NCBI RefSeq assembly: GCF_036321535.1
Contig: NC_087447.1
Location: 33,110,001-33,174,000, forward strand
Length of the DNA: 64,000 nucleotides
Source of the DNA: Camelus dromedarius
Taxonomy: Eukaryota
Direction: 5' to 3'
The position numbers and the translations under genes were made by a program. This document shows, one piece after another, positions 12,636 to 25,066 of this stretch. The notes beneath the pieces are model-generated. The model was not told the origin of the DNA, did no database searches, and was given only the letters and a program-made list of their open reading frames with translations. The stretch's first letter is position 1, and every line of letters begins with the position of its first letter.

Positions 12636-13320
12636 TGAAGAGGTTACATAACTGAGCAGGACCCTGTGGGGCCTTCCCAGGACAGACCTGCTATGTACTC
12701 TACCTGCCTCTTGTTTGTAGAAAAGCTTTCATCTCCCAGGCCTCCCCCCTGAGTCACAGAAGGCTGGTTCAAGAATTAATGACTAAAAAAAATATGAACA
12801 TGAAGTAACAAAAAAAATAGTAGTTGGGCCAGAAGAACGGGGAACACGTTAAATAGCAAATCAGCCGTTCAGCAGTCACAGAATCTTTAGTTCCTCCCTG
12901 AAGGTCATAAAGAACACTGTCTGATGTACATTCCTGAGTTGTACAGTTATTAAAACCCCCACCAGATGGAAGAAGCTAACGGCATGATGACCATAAACCC
13001 AGAGCCCCTACACCGGCTGGAGCCTGAGGATTGAGGATGTTAACCCATGACACAGCCTTGTTACCTCACCATCAGTCAGTCAGAGAATTGTGCAGGAGCT
13101 GGTCACACACCCTGTCAGTCTCTCCCTCACCTCGCCTTTAAAACCCCTTCCCTGAAACCCATCGGGGAGTTCCGGTTTTTTGAGCTTCAGCTTCCCGGGC
13201 TCATGCTCCTTGTTTTGGCATTTGCAATAAATGCTGCGCTTTCCTTCACCTCTACCCAGTGGCAGCGGATTGGCTGTCAAATGTGTACGAGCAAGCCAAC
13301 CGAAGCTCCGTTCAGCTCTA
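12636..13320 (+). mobile_element. ERV1-like solo LTR, relatively young
   Basis: actgagcaggaccctgtggggccttcccaggacagacc near the 5' end; TATA-like tttaaaacc at ~13137; AATAAA at ~13226; possible 4-bp TSD ggca (12632-12635 / 13321-13324). Confidence 0.75.
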
Positions 13321-14214
13321 GGCATGTCCTTTCCCCAGAGCATCCTGACATACAAACAGGAGACGTGATCCCTATGAGTGCTATCCCTCTGCTATCTGCA
13401 GAGACATGTGATTTACTTACAATGATGTCATTTTGGCAAATTTACTCAAATGTAAATACCTCCGTGGACAGACTAGGACACTTCACCTGGTATCATCTGT
13501 ACACTCCAAGTTCCGGAATTGCTCGTTTGGTGAAATAGATCAAGAGGTAGGTGCTAAGAGGCTTTCAAATGCAAAATCATGTTTCATCGATCAACAGCTG
13601 CCCTCAAAGAGATCAGAATCCAATAGTCAAGGCTTTCGTATCATTCTTTCTACCCTTGGACTTATTTGAACAGTTTCCCTTCTTTTGATACCTTTACTAA
13701 AAACCTGAAGACATAAAAGTCATAAGCAAAACCTCAAACTGTACATGTTTGAGGCATGAGAAGCTTCTGTTTTAGCTCCATTTCTAACTAATTCTCAACT
13801 GTCAACTTATTCTAGAACAAGGAGTTGTCTGCTTCTGACTCATGTTAAGTAAGGGATATCGATGTTGAGGTTCAATCTGCTACCCCCCAAAATATAACTT
13901 GCCCTTACGTTCTCAGATGGAAGCAGCTTCCTTTAGTTGCATCAGATTTGAAAGAAATTTGGTGCATGGTCGCAGCATGTGTCAGGGCCAACTTGGTTAC
14001 AAGAGTCTGACCTGGGCTCCTGGATCCCAAATCTAATTCCACCTTTTCTTCCACAGATCAACCCTCACCTAAGGCAGAAGGCATACAAGTCCTCCAAATC
14101 ATTATTAGGGTAGTAAAACTGATTGGATTTTACAAAAATTTGTCATGTTTCTTCCTTGGTCTCTATTCCCAAGATTCTGGTTACCTAACCTGTCTTAAAT
14201 ACCAGTGAAAAGAA

Positions 14215-14420
14215 GACGGGCTTTGAAGTCAGGTAGACCCGAGTTCACAGCCTAGTTCTGTCATTTGCTGACAGTGTGACTACAGATGGTTACCTAAGCC
14301 CCTGTTGTCTCATTTCAAAAAGAATAATAATGCATGTCTTTTGGGGATTTGGTAAGGTTTAAACAGAATCGTGTATGTAAATATCTGGGCAGAGCCTGAC
14401 ACTTAAATATACGATACATG
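14215..14420 (+). mobile_element. MIR SINE
   Basis: gggctttgaagtcaggtagacccgagttc...gtgtgac...gtatgtaaa...gcctgacac. Confidence 0.7.
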
Positions 14421-14667
14421 CTCACATGGAGACATGTGTTTGTGTGCATTCAATAAACACAGCCCCGGTTGACAAGTCCTACTCCTGCCTTTGCTCCTCT
14501 GATAGACTGAAGCTTTACCCTTCAACTTGTTCCTGAACTTCATCCTAGTGTCTGGAACCCTGCTACCTACAGATAGACCACCTTAACACCAAAAATCTGC
14601 TTGCTTCACTATTTCCCCGCTTCTGAGTTCTTCTCACTGTGAGCTACTCCATCACCTTGAACCTCCC

Positions 14668-14985
14668 TGTCTTAGATTGTTCAGGCTGCTATAACAAAAC
14701 ACCACAGACCGGGTGGCTTATAAACAGAGACATATTTCTCATAGCTCTGAAGACCGGGGAGTTCTAGATCAAGGCGCCAGCATTCTTCCTGGTTCACAGC
14801 TAGGGTCTCTACACTGTGTCCACTCACGTTCAAAGGGGCTTGGGGTCTCTCTGGACCCTTTCTTATAAGGCACTAATCCCACTCATGAGTTCCACGCTCA
14901 TGACTTGAGTACTCTTCAAAGGCCCCACCTTCTACTATCTTGGAATTTAAGAATTCAGCATAGAAATTTTAGGGAGACACCACTG
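14668..14985 (-). mobile_element. MaLR LTR (MLT1A-like)
   Basis: tgtcttagattgttcaggctgctataacaaaacaccacagaccgggtggcttataaac...tataaggcactaatcccactcatgag. Confidence 0.85.
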
Positions 14986-15529
14986 CTAAAAGTTTGCCTA
15001 GGCTATGATCATTAATTGTTGACTCTCTTGCACTCTGGGTGGCATCAGCAGTCTCTTCATCTTAGTCCTTGATCATTCGCCCCCTGATATCCCCACCTGG
15101 TGGATCTAGTGCTGTCCTGTCCCATCAAAGTGGTCAGCTCCTGCTCTTGCTGGATGCTAACAGATTATGGATACTGAAATGTCTCTAAGTCTGTATGCTA
15201 ACGACTTGGCTCAGGAGGAGTGGGTTGCTTAATAACGTACGGATTACATATTGATGATTTTCTTTTGGTGCTACCAGAGGACGACTAGGCTCTATGCATC
15301 CTCAGCCGTGTATCTGTGTGATGCTCTATGTAAATACACTCTGATGATTTGAGGACAGTCTTCTTTTGTACTGGGGGAACAAATTATTTCAACTCTCCCT
15401 TTTAGTTCAGAAATTCTATGAATAATCTCTGAGTATTTAACCCAGACCCTGACACTCTCCATTATATACTACTGTCATACAGGTATCTTAAATAATGTAA
15501 GAACAACTTTCTTTAAAACAGTATTGTGG

Positions 15530-16113
15530 TGTAAGCTCTGATAGATTTTCGTCGCTGTTTCTTTTTTTGTAATGCAAATGCCTGACTTGAGCTTTGATTG
15601 CAGAAGCAACCATTTCAAAGAGGCATCCCCTTCAAAGACTGCTATCCCAAGTAAACACACTTCCAGCCTCAGACTAGAAAAGAGCTAGGCCATCTCCCGC
15701 AATGAGGCTCCTGTGTTTCAGAGACCTTCATTGATTTTAATATCTGACCATCTGGACTACTTTTTTTAAATTTTTTTTCTTTTCCTGCACTTTAAATCCT
15801 CACTATTATGTTTTAAATATGTTGCACCAATAGAGTGAGCCCACAGAACCCCAGGCCCCCACCCTCAACCCCAATAAAGGCAGAACCCCAGCCACTGGGC
15901 TTCACCCCACTTCCCACCTCCAGGTCCACCCCTGGTGACCTCACTGTGTTGCCTCAGGTATGCTGTGTAATTTCCAGGTCTTGTAAGTAATAAACCTTAA
16001 TTTTTTGAGTTCCCTACTGGTAATTGCTGAAGGGCATCTTGCAACCATATTAAGAACAAGGGCCAGTCCAACCACAACACGGGATATTGATAGGCTGAGA
16101 CTAGCACAAGACA
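15530..16113 (+). mobile_element. ERV1-like solo LTR
   Basis: TG...CA ends (tgtaagctctg...ctagcacaagaca); aataaa at ~15873 and ~15989; LTR-like U3/R composition. Confidence 0.5.
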
Positions 16114-17279
16114 GGTGTGCTTAGCAGTAATTAAACAGATCTAAGTGATGAGCTTCCTGTTGATGCTCTCATACTTAATGCCTCAGTGCCTCATAAACTT
16201 CCATTTATTCAATCTGATAATGCTCCTGATATAAAGACATTTACATTTGGATTAGACCTCAGATTCCTCATTCAAGGATGCAAAACTGAGGACCAAAAAG
16301 GAAAGGAAAACGCTCTAGGAATACAGTTTAGACTAAGCTAGGACCAAAATCCAACCTATACGTATTGCAAATCCAGGAGCTTCCCAGTCAGAGCGCCAGG
16401 AATGGACATGATGTGCTGAGCTACTGGCCCCCTCAGCCCAGCCCGGTGACCTTCGGCAGTGAGCAGCCTCACCTGTTTGCCCCCATGTGCCTTTCCAGTA
16501 TGACCATTTCTATGTGCATCAGGATGTGAAAGAGACTGGGAATTACGTTTTCACGTCTTCTCTCCAATATTTATAATCCACAACGTCAAGGAATCGAGTG
16601 TTTTGCTCAAGATAAAACAACTTACGGAATGATCTGAATCAGAGCCGTTGGTTTAATCTCACCCACAGGGTAATTCTTTTGAGCTCATTTGTGTCCTAAT
16701 TCTTATCAGCCAGAGACAAAATATTACAACATCCCCCTACCAATCTGGGAGAGTAGGCTACAGGCCTTCAGATCGAGCTGGATCTGATAAGGAATCAAGC
16801 AGCACCATCCTAAACAAGAGGGAAATGGTATTTCCAATGATATTTTAATTCCAACAGCCAGGAACCAAGGAAGAATCCTGTCGGTCTTGAGAATGGTATG
16901 AATGATGAAAAGTGGTACCTGTTTTATTGACATGAACTTAAAAGCTTCCAGAATACAGTAAAGAGGACAATCAAATCCCCACATACGCATCTATACAAAA
17001 AGCAACATTTTTCACCCTCATTCGAAATGTGGAGACTGATAATAATTTGGCCATGCCAGAGGGGAAAAAAAAATTCAAGTTTGCAGTCAAATCTGCTAAT
17101 TATTCTTCTATCTGAAACAATGCTTTCCAGTTGGCTCAAGAGTAAGACCCTGGACTACCCTGATGCATATTTTTATTCCAAATCTATGTTATACTCATCA
17201 AAATACAAAGATTTTCCCCATCGGAATGTTAAGAATTCTTACTGTTTTCCTTCACAAAGCAGCTGAGTTATCATACCAA

Positions 17280-17640
17280 CAGATAGCCCCCTTGTTAGAA
17301 AATGCCGGAAGAACCCACTACACAGGGCTAGGCCACACTACAGGCGGTCCTGCTTCAGGCAGGACTGGACACAGAAGCTCCAACAATATTATCAGGAGCC
17401 TGTTCAACTTCGTTTCCCCACACAGCTCTGTGTGTTGGCTTCATGCTCAGACAGCTTCTCCCCTGTGGTCTCAAAATGGCCATAAATGTCCCGAGTCATA
17501 TTTTTCCGGACCCTCTACCATAGGAGAAAACTGAGACTCCCTGCCCAGCACACCCAGGGGCAGGGGGACACTAACTGGATCTGCTGAGGTAGCACGTGAA
17601 AACTGAACAAATCGTAGCGGCCAGGAAAATACATTTTTAA
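17280..17640 (-). mobile_element. Old MaLR LTR fragment (MLT1J/K-like)
   Basis: tgcttcaggcaggactggac...ctgtgtgttggcttcatgctcagacagcttctcccctgtggtc. Confidence 0.5.
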
Positions 17641-18329
17641 AATTGTCTTGGAGAAGGGTTATGGGTTCCAACACTAGGGCCACATGGACTGAAAGTGAGG
17701 AGGGGCAGCTCCCAGAAGGAAACAGGATTGTTCACCAAGAAGGCCAAAGAACGTTCAGTGGTAAAAACAATAGATGTCCCGTTCTCAGCTCCAGCATCCT
17801 CCTTTTCTCTCCTCAACTGTCTAATCCAGGTTCTGCAGCCGCCATTCCCCTCACTCTGCCTCGGGAACCACTGCTGGAGTACGGCCATTACTCTAACCAG
17901 GCTCCATTATCCTCTGATCTCTGGCTGTCACCCAAAATGCAACCCTTCCCTCCATCCATCTCGGTTCAAACTCAATGTCAGATCTGTTGTTCCCTTTCTC
18001 CCTCCTGCTGCTTCTTTCTTTTGGTCCCAAAGATTTGGGTTATGACTCCAGAACTTCAGCTGACGGGAAACATATTTCCCTAAATCTTCTTCCTCCACGG
18101 GGCGAAGCAACAATCGGGTCTCTGCTCATACTCAAAAGTTTCCTTCCCTTACAACTCTCTCAAGAAAAGTATGTTTTTCCCACACAACCTGTGTTCCACG
18201 GAAAGTCCTGGCATTCTCCAACCCTGTACCCACGTGCTGACTTGGCATCCACACAGGTGACAACTCCAGTTTTGCAAAAAAAAAAGCACAACCCTTCTCC
18301 TTCTCTAATCTCAACCCTGGCCTAGACTA

Positions 18330-18495
18330 CACAGCTAATTGCCCCAATCATCCTGTCTAAGCTTCATCGTCCTCATGTATATAATGGGGATAATTCTGCC
18401 TTCTTCACTGAGAATCGGTATGACTTAAATATTTGTTGTACAGCTCTCAGCACAGTGCCTGCTCACAGGTGTTCTATAAACGGGAGCTGTGATTA
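18330..18495 (+). mobile_element. MIR SINE
   Basis: ctaagcttcatcgtcctcatgtatataatggggataat...cagcacagtgcctgctcacaggtgttctataaa. Confidence 0.7.
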
Positions 18496-18539
18496 CTGCC
18501 AAAGGGGTGGGTTTGTGGGTTGCGCTACGCCTCCTGGCA

Positions 18540-18613
18540 TTTTTCTTTTTTTTTTTTTTAAATGTAAGTACTGGGGATCGAACCACTCTAACCACTTAAC
18601 TATACTCACCCCC
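18540..18613 (-). mobile_element. Internally deleted tRNA-derived SINE (vic-1-like) with poly(A) tail
   Basis: Reverse complement: GGGGGTGAGTATAGTTAAGTGGTTAGAGT-GGTTCGATCCCCAGTACTTACATTT(A)n. Contains an A-box-like TAGTTAAGTGG and a B-box GGTTCGATCCC. Confidence 0.7.
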
Positions 18614-19004
18614 TTGGGCTTGTGGGTAAACAGCCACACTTTTCTTTAAAATACTATATTTCTATGGCTTCAGTATTCCTTGTGTAAAAGGAAAATACAC
18701 CTTATATTAAAAGGAATAACTCGAATCTGGTGGACCAAACCACCGAACCATTTAAATCACTATTCTGGTGAGAAAGACACATCCAAACAGAGACCAAATG
18801 TACAATACTTGTGCTTTGAGCAAGACCCTTATTTATTGACTTTCTTCATTTTCTCAGAAAATGCAAAACCCTACTCCCACATGACATAGCTGGCTAAAAG
18901 CAGATTTTAAAGGAAAGGAAATTAGTATTTACCGTGTGTCTACTAGGTGCCAAATAGTCAACCTGGGTTATTTCACTTAATCCTCACAACTATTTTATTG
19001 TTTG

Positions 19005-19290
19005 CTTTCCTCAACAAACATTGTATAATCCTTATGTGTTAAAGCTTTGTGGACACAAAGATGACAAAGGTATGCCGTCTGCCTTCCCAGGCCACTGAGG
19101 GAGGCAGATCAGGCAAATTAGCAATTCTGTTACGAGGTGAGAAATGTCAAGGCAGAGGGTGACACACAGGAACACAGAGCAGGGATGAAGGCAGAGTGCT
19201 CACAAGGGGTAGAGCCTGAAGGGCACTTGGAAAGCCAAGCAGCAATCAAACACAAATGAAGGCAAAGACACTCGATTCAAAGTGAGGACA
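19005..19290 (-). mobile_element. L2 3' fragment
   Basis: caacaaacattgtataatccttatgtg...ggacacaaagatgac...caggaacacagagcaggg antisense L2-like sequence. Confidence 0.55.
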
Positions 19291-19639
19291 TAACATACTA
19301 GGTACAAGCACTTTATTTCACCCTCAAGTCAAAGAACTTTGTCCTTCTAAGGTCATGGAACTGCTGAGTGCTAGAACCCAGCAGACTGACCCCCCCCAGA
19401 TCTGTGCACTTAATGGCTGAGCTACCCCACAGCAAGGAGGACTCGCAACACTGTAAGGAGTTTGGCTGAAGTAGTGCAGGTGTTGTTGGAAGCGGAATGG
19501 CCGGAAATGAGACTTAAAGATGTAGGTGGGAGCCAGAGCCAGAAAAGCAGGTGTACTATGCGAAGAAGTGTAAATCCCACCCCTAAAGTCACAGAGATGC
19601 CGGGAGGATCTCCAGCACAGAGTCACAGATAGACAGACA

Positions 19640-19865
19640 CTCAGTAGCACCCACTACATGCCAGGCAGGACCCTGAGCACTTACACCTCACTTAGTCCTG
19701 AAAACAACCCGTGGAGGTAGATATAATCATTATCCCCAATTGTAAAAGTGAGGCACAAACTGGTTGACTAGCCCATGACAGCACAGCTCGCTAAGCGTTA
19801 ACAGCCAGGCTTCTAAGCAAATGGTCTAGTTCCGAAAGCCATGCCTCTCATCACTCTGTCCTCCT
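19640..19865 (-). mobile_element. MIR SINE
   Basis: cactacatgccaggc...cttagtcctgaaaacaacccgtggaggtag...attatccccaatt...gaggcac. Confidence 0.75.
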
Positions 19866-22199
19866 GCCTGCAAGTCAGCCATGGAGAATCACTCGATCTG
19901 GGTGTGTGATGTATGGATCAGAAAACAGCAAAAACTGCAAATACCTACTCTGAAGTTAGTTAGATCAAGCAAATAAGCAATTTTAGTATGAGATGAGAAA
20001 TGTCAAGGCAGAGGGTAACATGCAGGAATACAGAGCAGGGGTCATTTGCTTCAAGTCCCTTAGGCAAGCAAGCAAACTCAGAGAAGCTCAGAGACTTTGT
20101 CCTAGATCCCACACTGTGTCAGAGTCGAGATGTGATTTCAAGAGTGTCAGATTCAAAAGCCCTTGTATTTACAATGTTTGGGGCTGCCTCGTGCTAATTC
20201 ATTTTCAAGAAAATTATTGCAAATCCCAAAGTATCTGGGTCTAAAATAATGAGGTTGTATTCTCTGTAAATTCAGCATTCAGATATGATCCTGCTAAGTG
20301 GCATGGGTAAGCATATCAGAAAATTATCCACAAATTGCCGTTTTCCTATCCCGAGAACACGTGGCTCCCCCGGCCAAGGGCTGTAGTGAGAGACGGCAGC
20401 GTGTGTCACTATTTAAAGTTGATAAGCACCATCACAGTGCATAGGTCATTACGAAAAGCGTATGTCTGCTCTCTTATGAATTGCTTTTAATATGAAATTG
20501 CTCTTGAAATGCAGCAAAAGTAAATGCTCCAGACTTGTTTTCTTTTCCCTTCTACTCTCTCTTAGTATAATTTGAGCTTTGATGAATGCTACTCATTTCT
20601 ATTCAATATCTGACTTTACGGGGAAATTCCATCCTAGACAGGAAATGTTATACTGTAGAAGGAATTAGATATTCTCAGCTCCTGGTATATGGATTCCAGC
20701 CATCTGTCTGCTTAATAAACACTACAGTTTTGCATTCAACTGAAAGCCAGACCCAGGCTGCTCAATATAACAAAGAAAATGACGGAAAGCCCCACTTCTT
20801 TCTTCAAGGGCGCCATGCTGCCTCTCCAGATATCTCCTCCGTGTGCTTAGAGATGCAGATTAAAGAGTGCGCCATATTCTTATTCATTGAAATCAATCCT
20901 GAAGGTTTTAGAGCTGCTAGGGTAGCCAGTAGCCACAGGTATCCCTTGAGCACTTGTAATGTCTGGACTGAGATGGGTCAAATCCATTTCTTCTTACTCT
21001 TCGTGTTAAAATAACATGTGTATTTTACATTATACTTCAAACGGGTGATGTTATTCTACAGCCTTTAGGTCTTCCATTAATTTCAGGCCATACTCTTGTA
21101 TATGTGCATATGTGTGTGTTGCTATGTTTTGTTAAACAGAAAGCAAGTTCTCTTTCGAGAAATGTACTATGCCTCATTTTCCTTTGACTTAATATAGACT
21201 TTAAGAGATACAGTATATGAATATACCCACACTCGATATCTTTATCCATACAAAACAAAGGCTTTGCCATCTAGATCCCAACAATCATCTCCCTTGCTCA
21301 AGAGAGTCTAGGAGGCTGAATCCAAACCAATTTTCCAATCTTATCCGGTCACATCTCCAAAAACAGACTGTATTTTAGGCAGATATCTAGAATTCCTCCC
21401 TCGTCTATGTAACAGCCACTTAACATAAGCAAAACATCCATATGATGAAATTTTAATATTCTACTTAAAAGAAAATACATCTTACTCATTATTCCTAACA
21501 CAACTTAAAAGGAAAGTTCACATAGACTTGAGTACATACTTGAATTTTTGCCTTATCCCTGCCCAGTATCTTTCAGAATATGGCGCGTTACAAATGGTAT
21601 TATTCCCCAAAGGAGTAAGAAAATATGAGAACACAGTGCAAGGGAAGCAACACACGATTTCCCTGTTGTAAGTTTAAAACTGGAATAGTCACTGGTTTTG
21701 GAAGGAGGGATCACTGACCATTGGAAGAGAATTCTATTAAGCAGCAGGAATCTGTTATTTAAGTATCAGAATTATGAGAGGTCCAGGGCTCAGTGGAGAA
21801 TTATTTTACTGTGTCACTGGCAGTTGTACTCAAGAGATGTTTAATGATTCTGAGTTTTTTGCATGACTTTCAAGTGACCCATAAAGCAGTTTTTTCAATT
21901 TTTATTATAACTAGCAGGATCACAAGCTGAGATAAAAAGTGAACTACATTTAAATTTGACTGAAGCAAGACAGAAGTGGTGATGACATGGTTGGAAGGAT
22001 TGAATTCATTCACCTGGAGACATTTTTAAACCCTGGGTACTCCAAGTCTTTCTTACTTGAAGGTCTACAAATGGTCTTCGCAGGGCATCAACCACAATCC
22101 ATTTTAGAATTGCACATGGAGGTTTATTCTCTTTAAATAATAATGCAGCCACTTTTATTCACTTACACTTTTATTTCCAACAGCAATACAGGAGAGACT

Positions 22200-22590
22200 G
22201 CTAGTGATAACCTAGAGCTGGGTCCTCTCCTTCTCTGCAAGCACACAGACGTGCTGCTCTGTTAGGTGTGGCCATGGACCTAATTTTGTTCAGAGCCATG
22301 TGAGCCAAAGTGATGGGTGCCACTTCAGGTCTGGACCATCAAAACCTCCCATATGTGACCTAACTCTCTTTCCCCAGCTGATGGAGTGATGAGGATTCTA
22401 AGGACCAAGAAGAGGACACAGTCACAAGATGGAAGCTGAGAGGGTCCCTGAATGACTGTGTGGAACAGCACCCCCGCTCACTACCAACTCTAAGTGAACA
22501 ATGATATAAGTTAAAAAATAAATCAGAATTGTTTTGGACCTTTTGAAATTTTGGATCTTGCCTGTTACGGAAGCTACTGCTGTTTCTTTA
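22200..22590 (+). mobile_element. MaLR LTR (MLT1I/J-like)
   Basis: gtgatgggtgccacttcaggtctgg...cacaagatggaagc...gggtccctgaatgactgtgtggaacagc. Confidence 0.65.
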
Positions 22591-24267
22591 TGTTATACAA
22601 GAGGGTTCGCATGTGTTAGCCATGTTGCCCTTGGGTTTTCCCTAAAACTTAGGAGCCGAGGGTGAGAAGAAATTTGAAAATGTCATTATGTCTATTAGCA
22701 AATTGAGGAAACAAGTAACAAGAGATCACCTGACTGGTTCATTATCACAGAACAAGGCGTAACCCAGATGCCCTGGCAAATAAACATCTAGAAATGACAA
22801 CGTGAGGCAAAAGCAACAGAAACAGATACTGAACTCAGAGTGACTGAGTTGGAAGAGAGCTATATTTTAAGGACTACGCTTTGAGCCACTGTCAACAGAG
22901 CTGAGGCGTTCTGCCAGGAGCGTGTCTAACTTTATTCTAGAAAACAGAGCAGCATGCATGAGGCTGAAATGAAGAGCCACATCCCTGTATTGGGCTGAGG
23001 ATGAAGCAGGCATGTGAAAGGAGGCAGGTGCAAACCACGGCACATTCTGCTGGTCAGTACTAGTGAAGCATCCCACCAAAACCTTGTCGAGGAAGGACGA
23101 CAGTTGGCACTAGCCCCAAATTATGCTGACATTTGCACACCATCCATAAATGTTTTTCAACTGATCCTTTTGCCTTAATAAAGATCTGAGTCAAGAGAAG
23201 CCTCTAAGTATCTGGGCCAGACAGACGTAGCAACAGAACCTGTTCTAGGCTCCCAGTTGTTGAGCTCTCATATAGTGTAACAGTCATTGAGAACGAGATC
23301 TGTTTAAGCTAACTTTGCCTTCAAATATGGCACTCCACTGGGTCCTGTAGGTTTTTAGTTCTACAGAAGGTAAGTACTCTTTGCAGAGCTGAGATGGTCA
23401 TGCCAAGTAGAGCTAGTGCCATTCTATAAAAATACCAGTTGTTAATTACTCTGAAAATTTTGCAGATGATTGCTCTGCCAAACAGATCATAATCCAGCAG
23501 AGAGCCTAGAGATAGACTGTGATGTCTTTCAATAATGTTGCTTAAAGAAAGTCTCCCCGTCCATTAAGAATTGTTACTTAGGAAAGCAAGACAGTCTTAT
23601 GATTTCTCAACAGAAAGTCAATGTTCTGTAGCCTGTTTTAAAATTAAATTGACTGATACATATTTATATGGCTCTGCTAATCTCATGAGTCATTTCAGAT
23701 GTGACAATTACAGATAACAAACACCTCTGTAACTCACCAAAGTGCAACCTCAGAAGGCACTCAAAAGGATCACCACTTGTCTAAGTGTCAGATTTCCACT
23801 CCTTCTGAGATACAAGCTGGTCTAACGTATTTCCGTTAAGCCCCTAGGGATGTAGTTATGTCTACTGGGCTGCCAACTTTAAAAGGTAAGCACTGACTTT
23901 GGTAAGTGATGGAAAGTGCTTTAAGTGCATCCAAGAGATTCTTTTTTTTTGCCCAGCAAAAATGCATTTGAACGGAAAGAATATGAAAAGACTACATCAA
24001 GGTCTGCCTTATTCAGCCAAAATAACACAACCAATATATTGTATCTTGCACCACACAAGTTCCCTTCTTTTGCCCGTCTTCTTAATGCACTGTTGCTGGT
24101 TTGGAGACCACGATCCAGCTTCTGGGTCTGTCTGCCGTTTTTTATCAAGCAGATGAACATAATGACTTTTGATAACTTAAGACTAGACAATAAGTTTCAT
24201 TTTTTAGGTTCAGTCACATTTTTCAAAGGAAGCATTAATGAAACTTTAAGCATGACATTAGTCTCTA

Positions 24268-24505
24268 GGAACCCTCCTACACCATTAGTGGGAATGTAAA
24301 TTGGTGCAGCCACTATGAACAGTACAGAGGTTCCTTAAAACACTAGAAAACAGTTATCTTATGATAGCAATCCCACTCCTGGGCATATATCCAGAGAAAA
24401 CTCTAATTTGCAAAGATGCATGTACCCTAATGTTCACAGCAGCACTATTTACAATACCCAAGACATGAAAGCAACCTAAATGTCCATTGACTGATGACTG
24501 GATAA

Positions 24506-24569
<64 letters not shown>

Positions 24570-25066
24570 ATTATATATATATTTTCCATATATATAATGG
24601 AATATAACCCAGCAATGAAAAAGAATGGAATAAAGCATGCCATTTGCAGCAACATGGATGTAGACTATCATACTAAGTCAGTCAAAGAATGACGAATATC
24701 ATGACATCACTTACGCATGACATCACTCATGCGTAACATTTGTCACTGTTACAAATGAACTTATTTACAAACCAAAAATAGACTAACAAACATAGAAAAC
24801 AAACTATGGTTACCAAAGGGGAAAGGAGGGGGGAACATTAGGAGTTTGGGATTAATATATGCGTATTACTATATGTAAAACAGATAAACAACAAGGTCCT
24901 ACTGTATAGCACAGGGAACTATATTCAATACCTTATAATAACCTATAATGGAAAAGAATCTGAAAAAGAATGTATATATAACTGAATCACTTTGCTGTAC
25001 ACCTAAAACTGACACAAAATTACAAATCAATTATACGTCAATAAAAAAATTAAAGAGAAAAAAAAG
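24268..25066 (+). mobile_element. L1 3' end (end of ORF2, 3'UTR, A-rich tail), cetartiodactyl type
   Basis: ggaaccctcctacaccattagtgggaatgtaaattggtgcagccactatg...ctgtatagcacagggaactatattcaatacc...actgaatcactttgctgtacacc...caataaaaaaa. Confidence 0.9.
24508..24567. repeat. (GT)30 perfect microsatellite inside L1
   Basis: Directly visible; potential Z-DNA former and probably polymorphic. Confidence 0.95.

Noticed and set aside
17163..18325. Several 110-146 aa overlapping ORFs
   Set aside because: No recognisable protein similarity or convincing exon structure; partly MaLR-derived.
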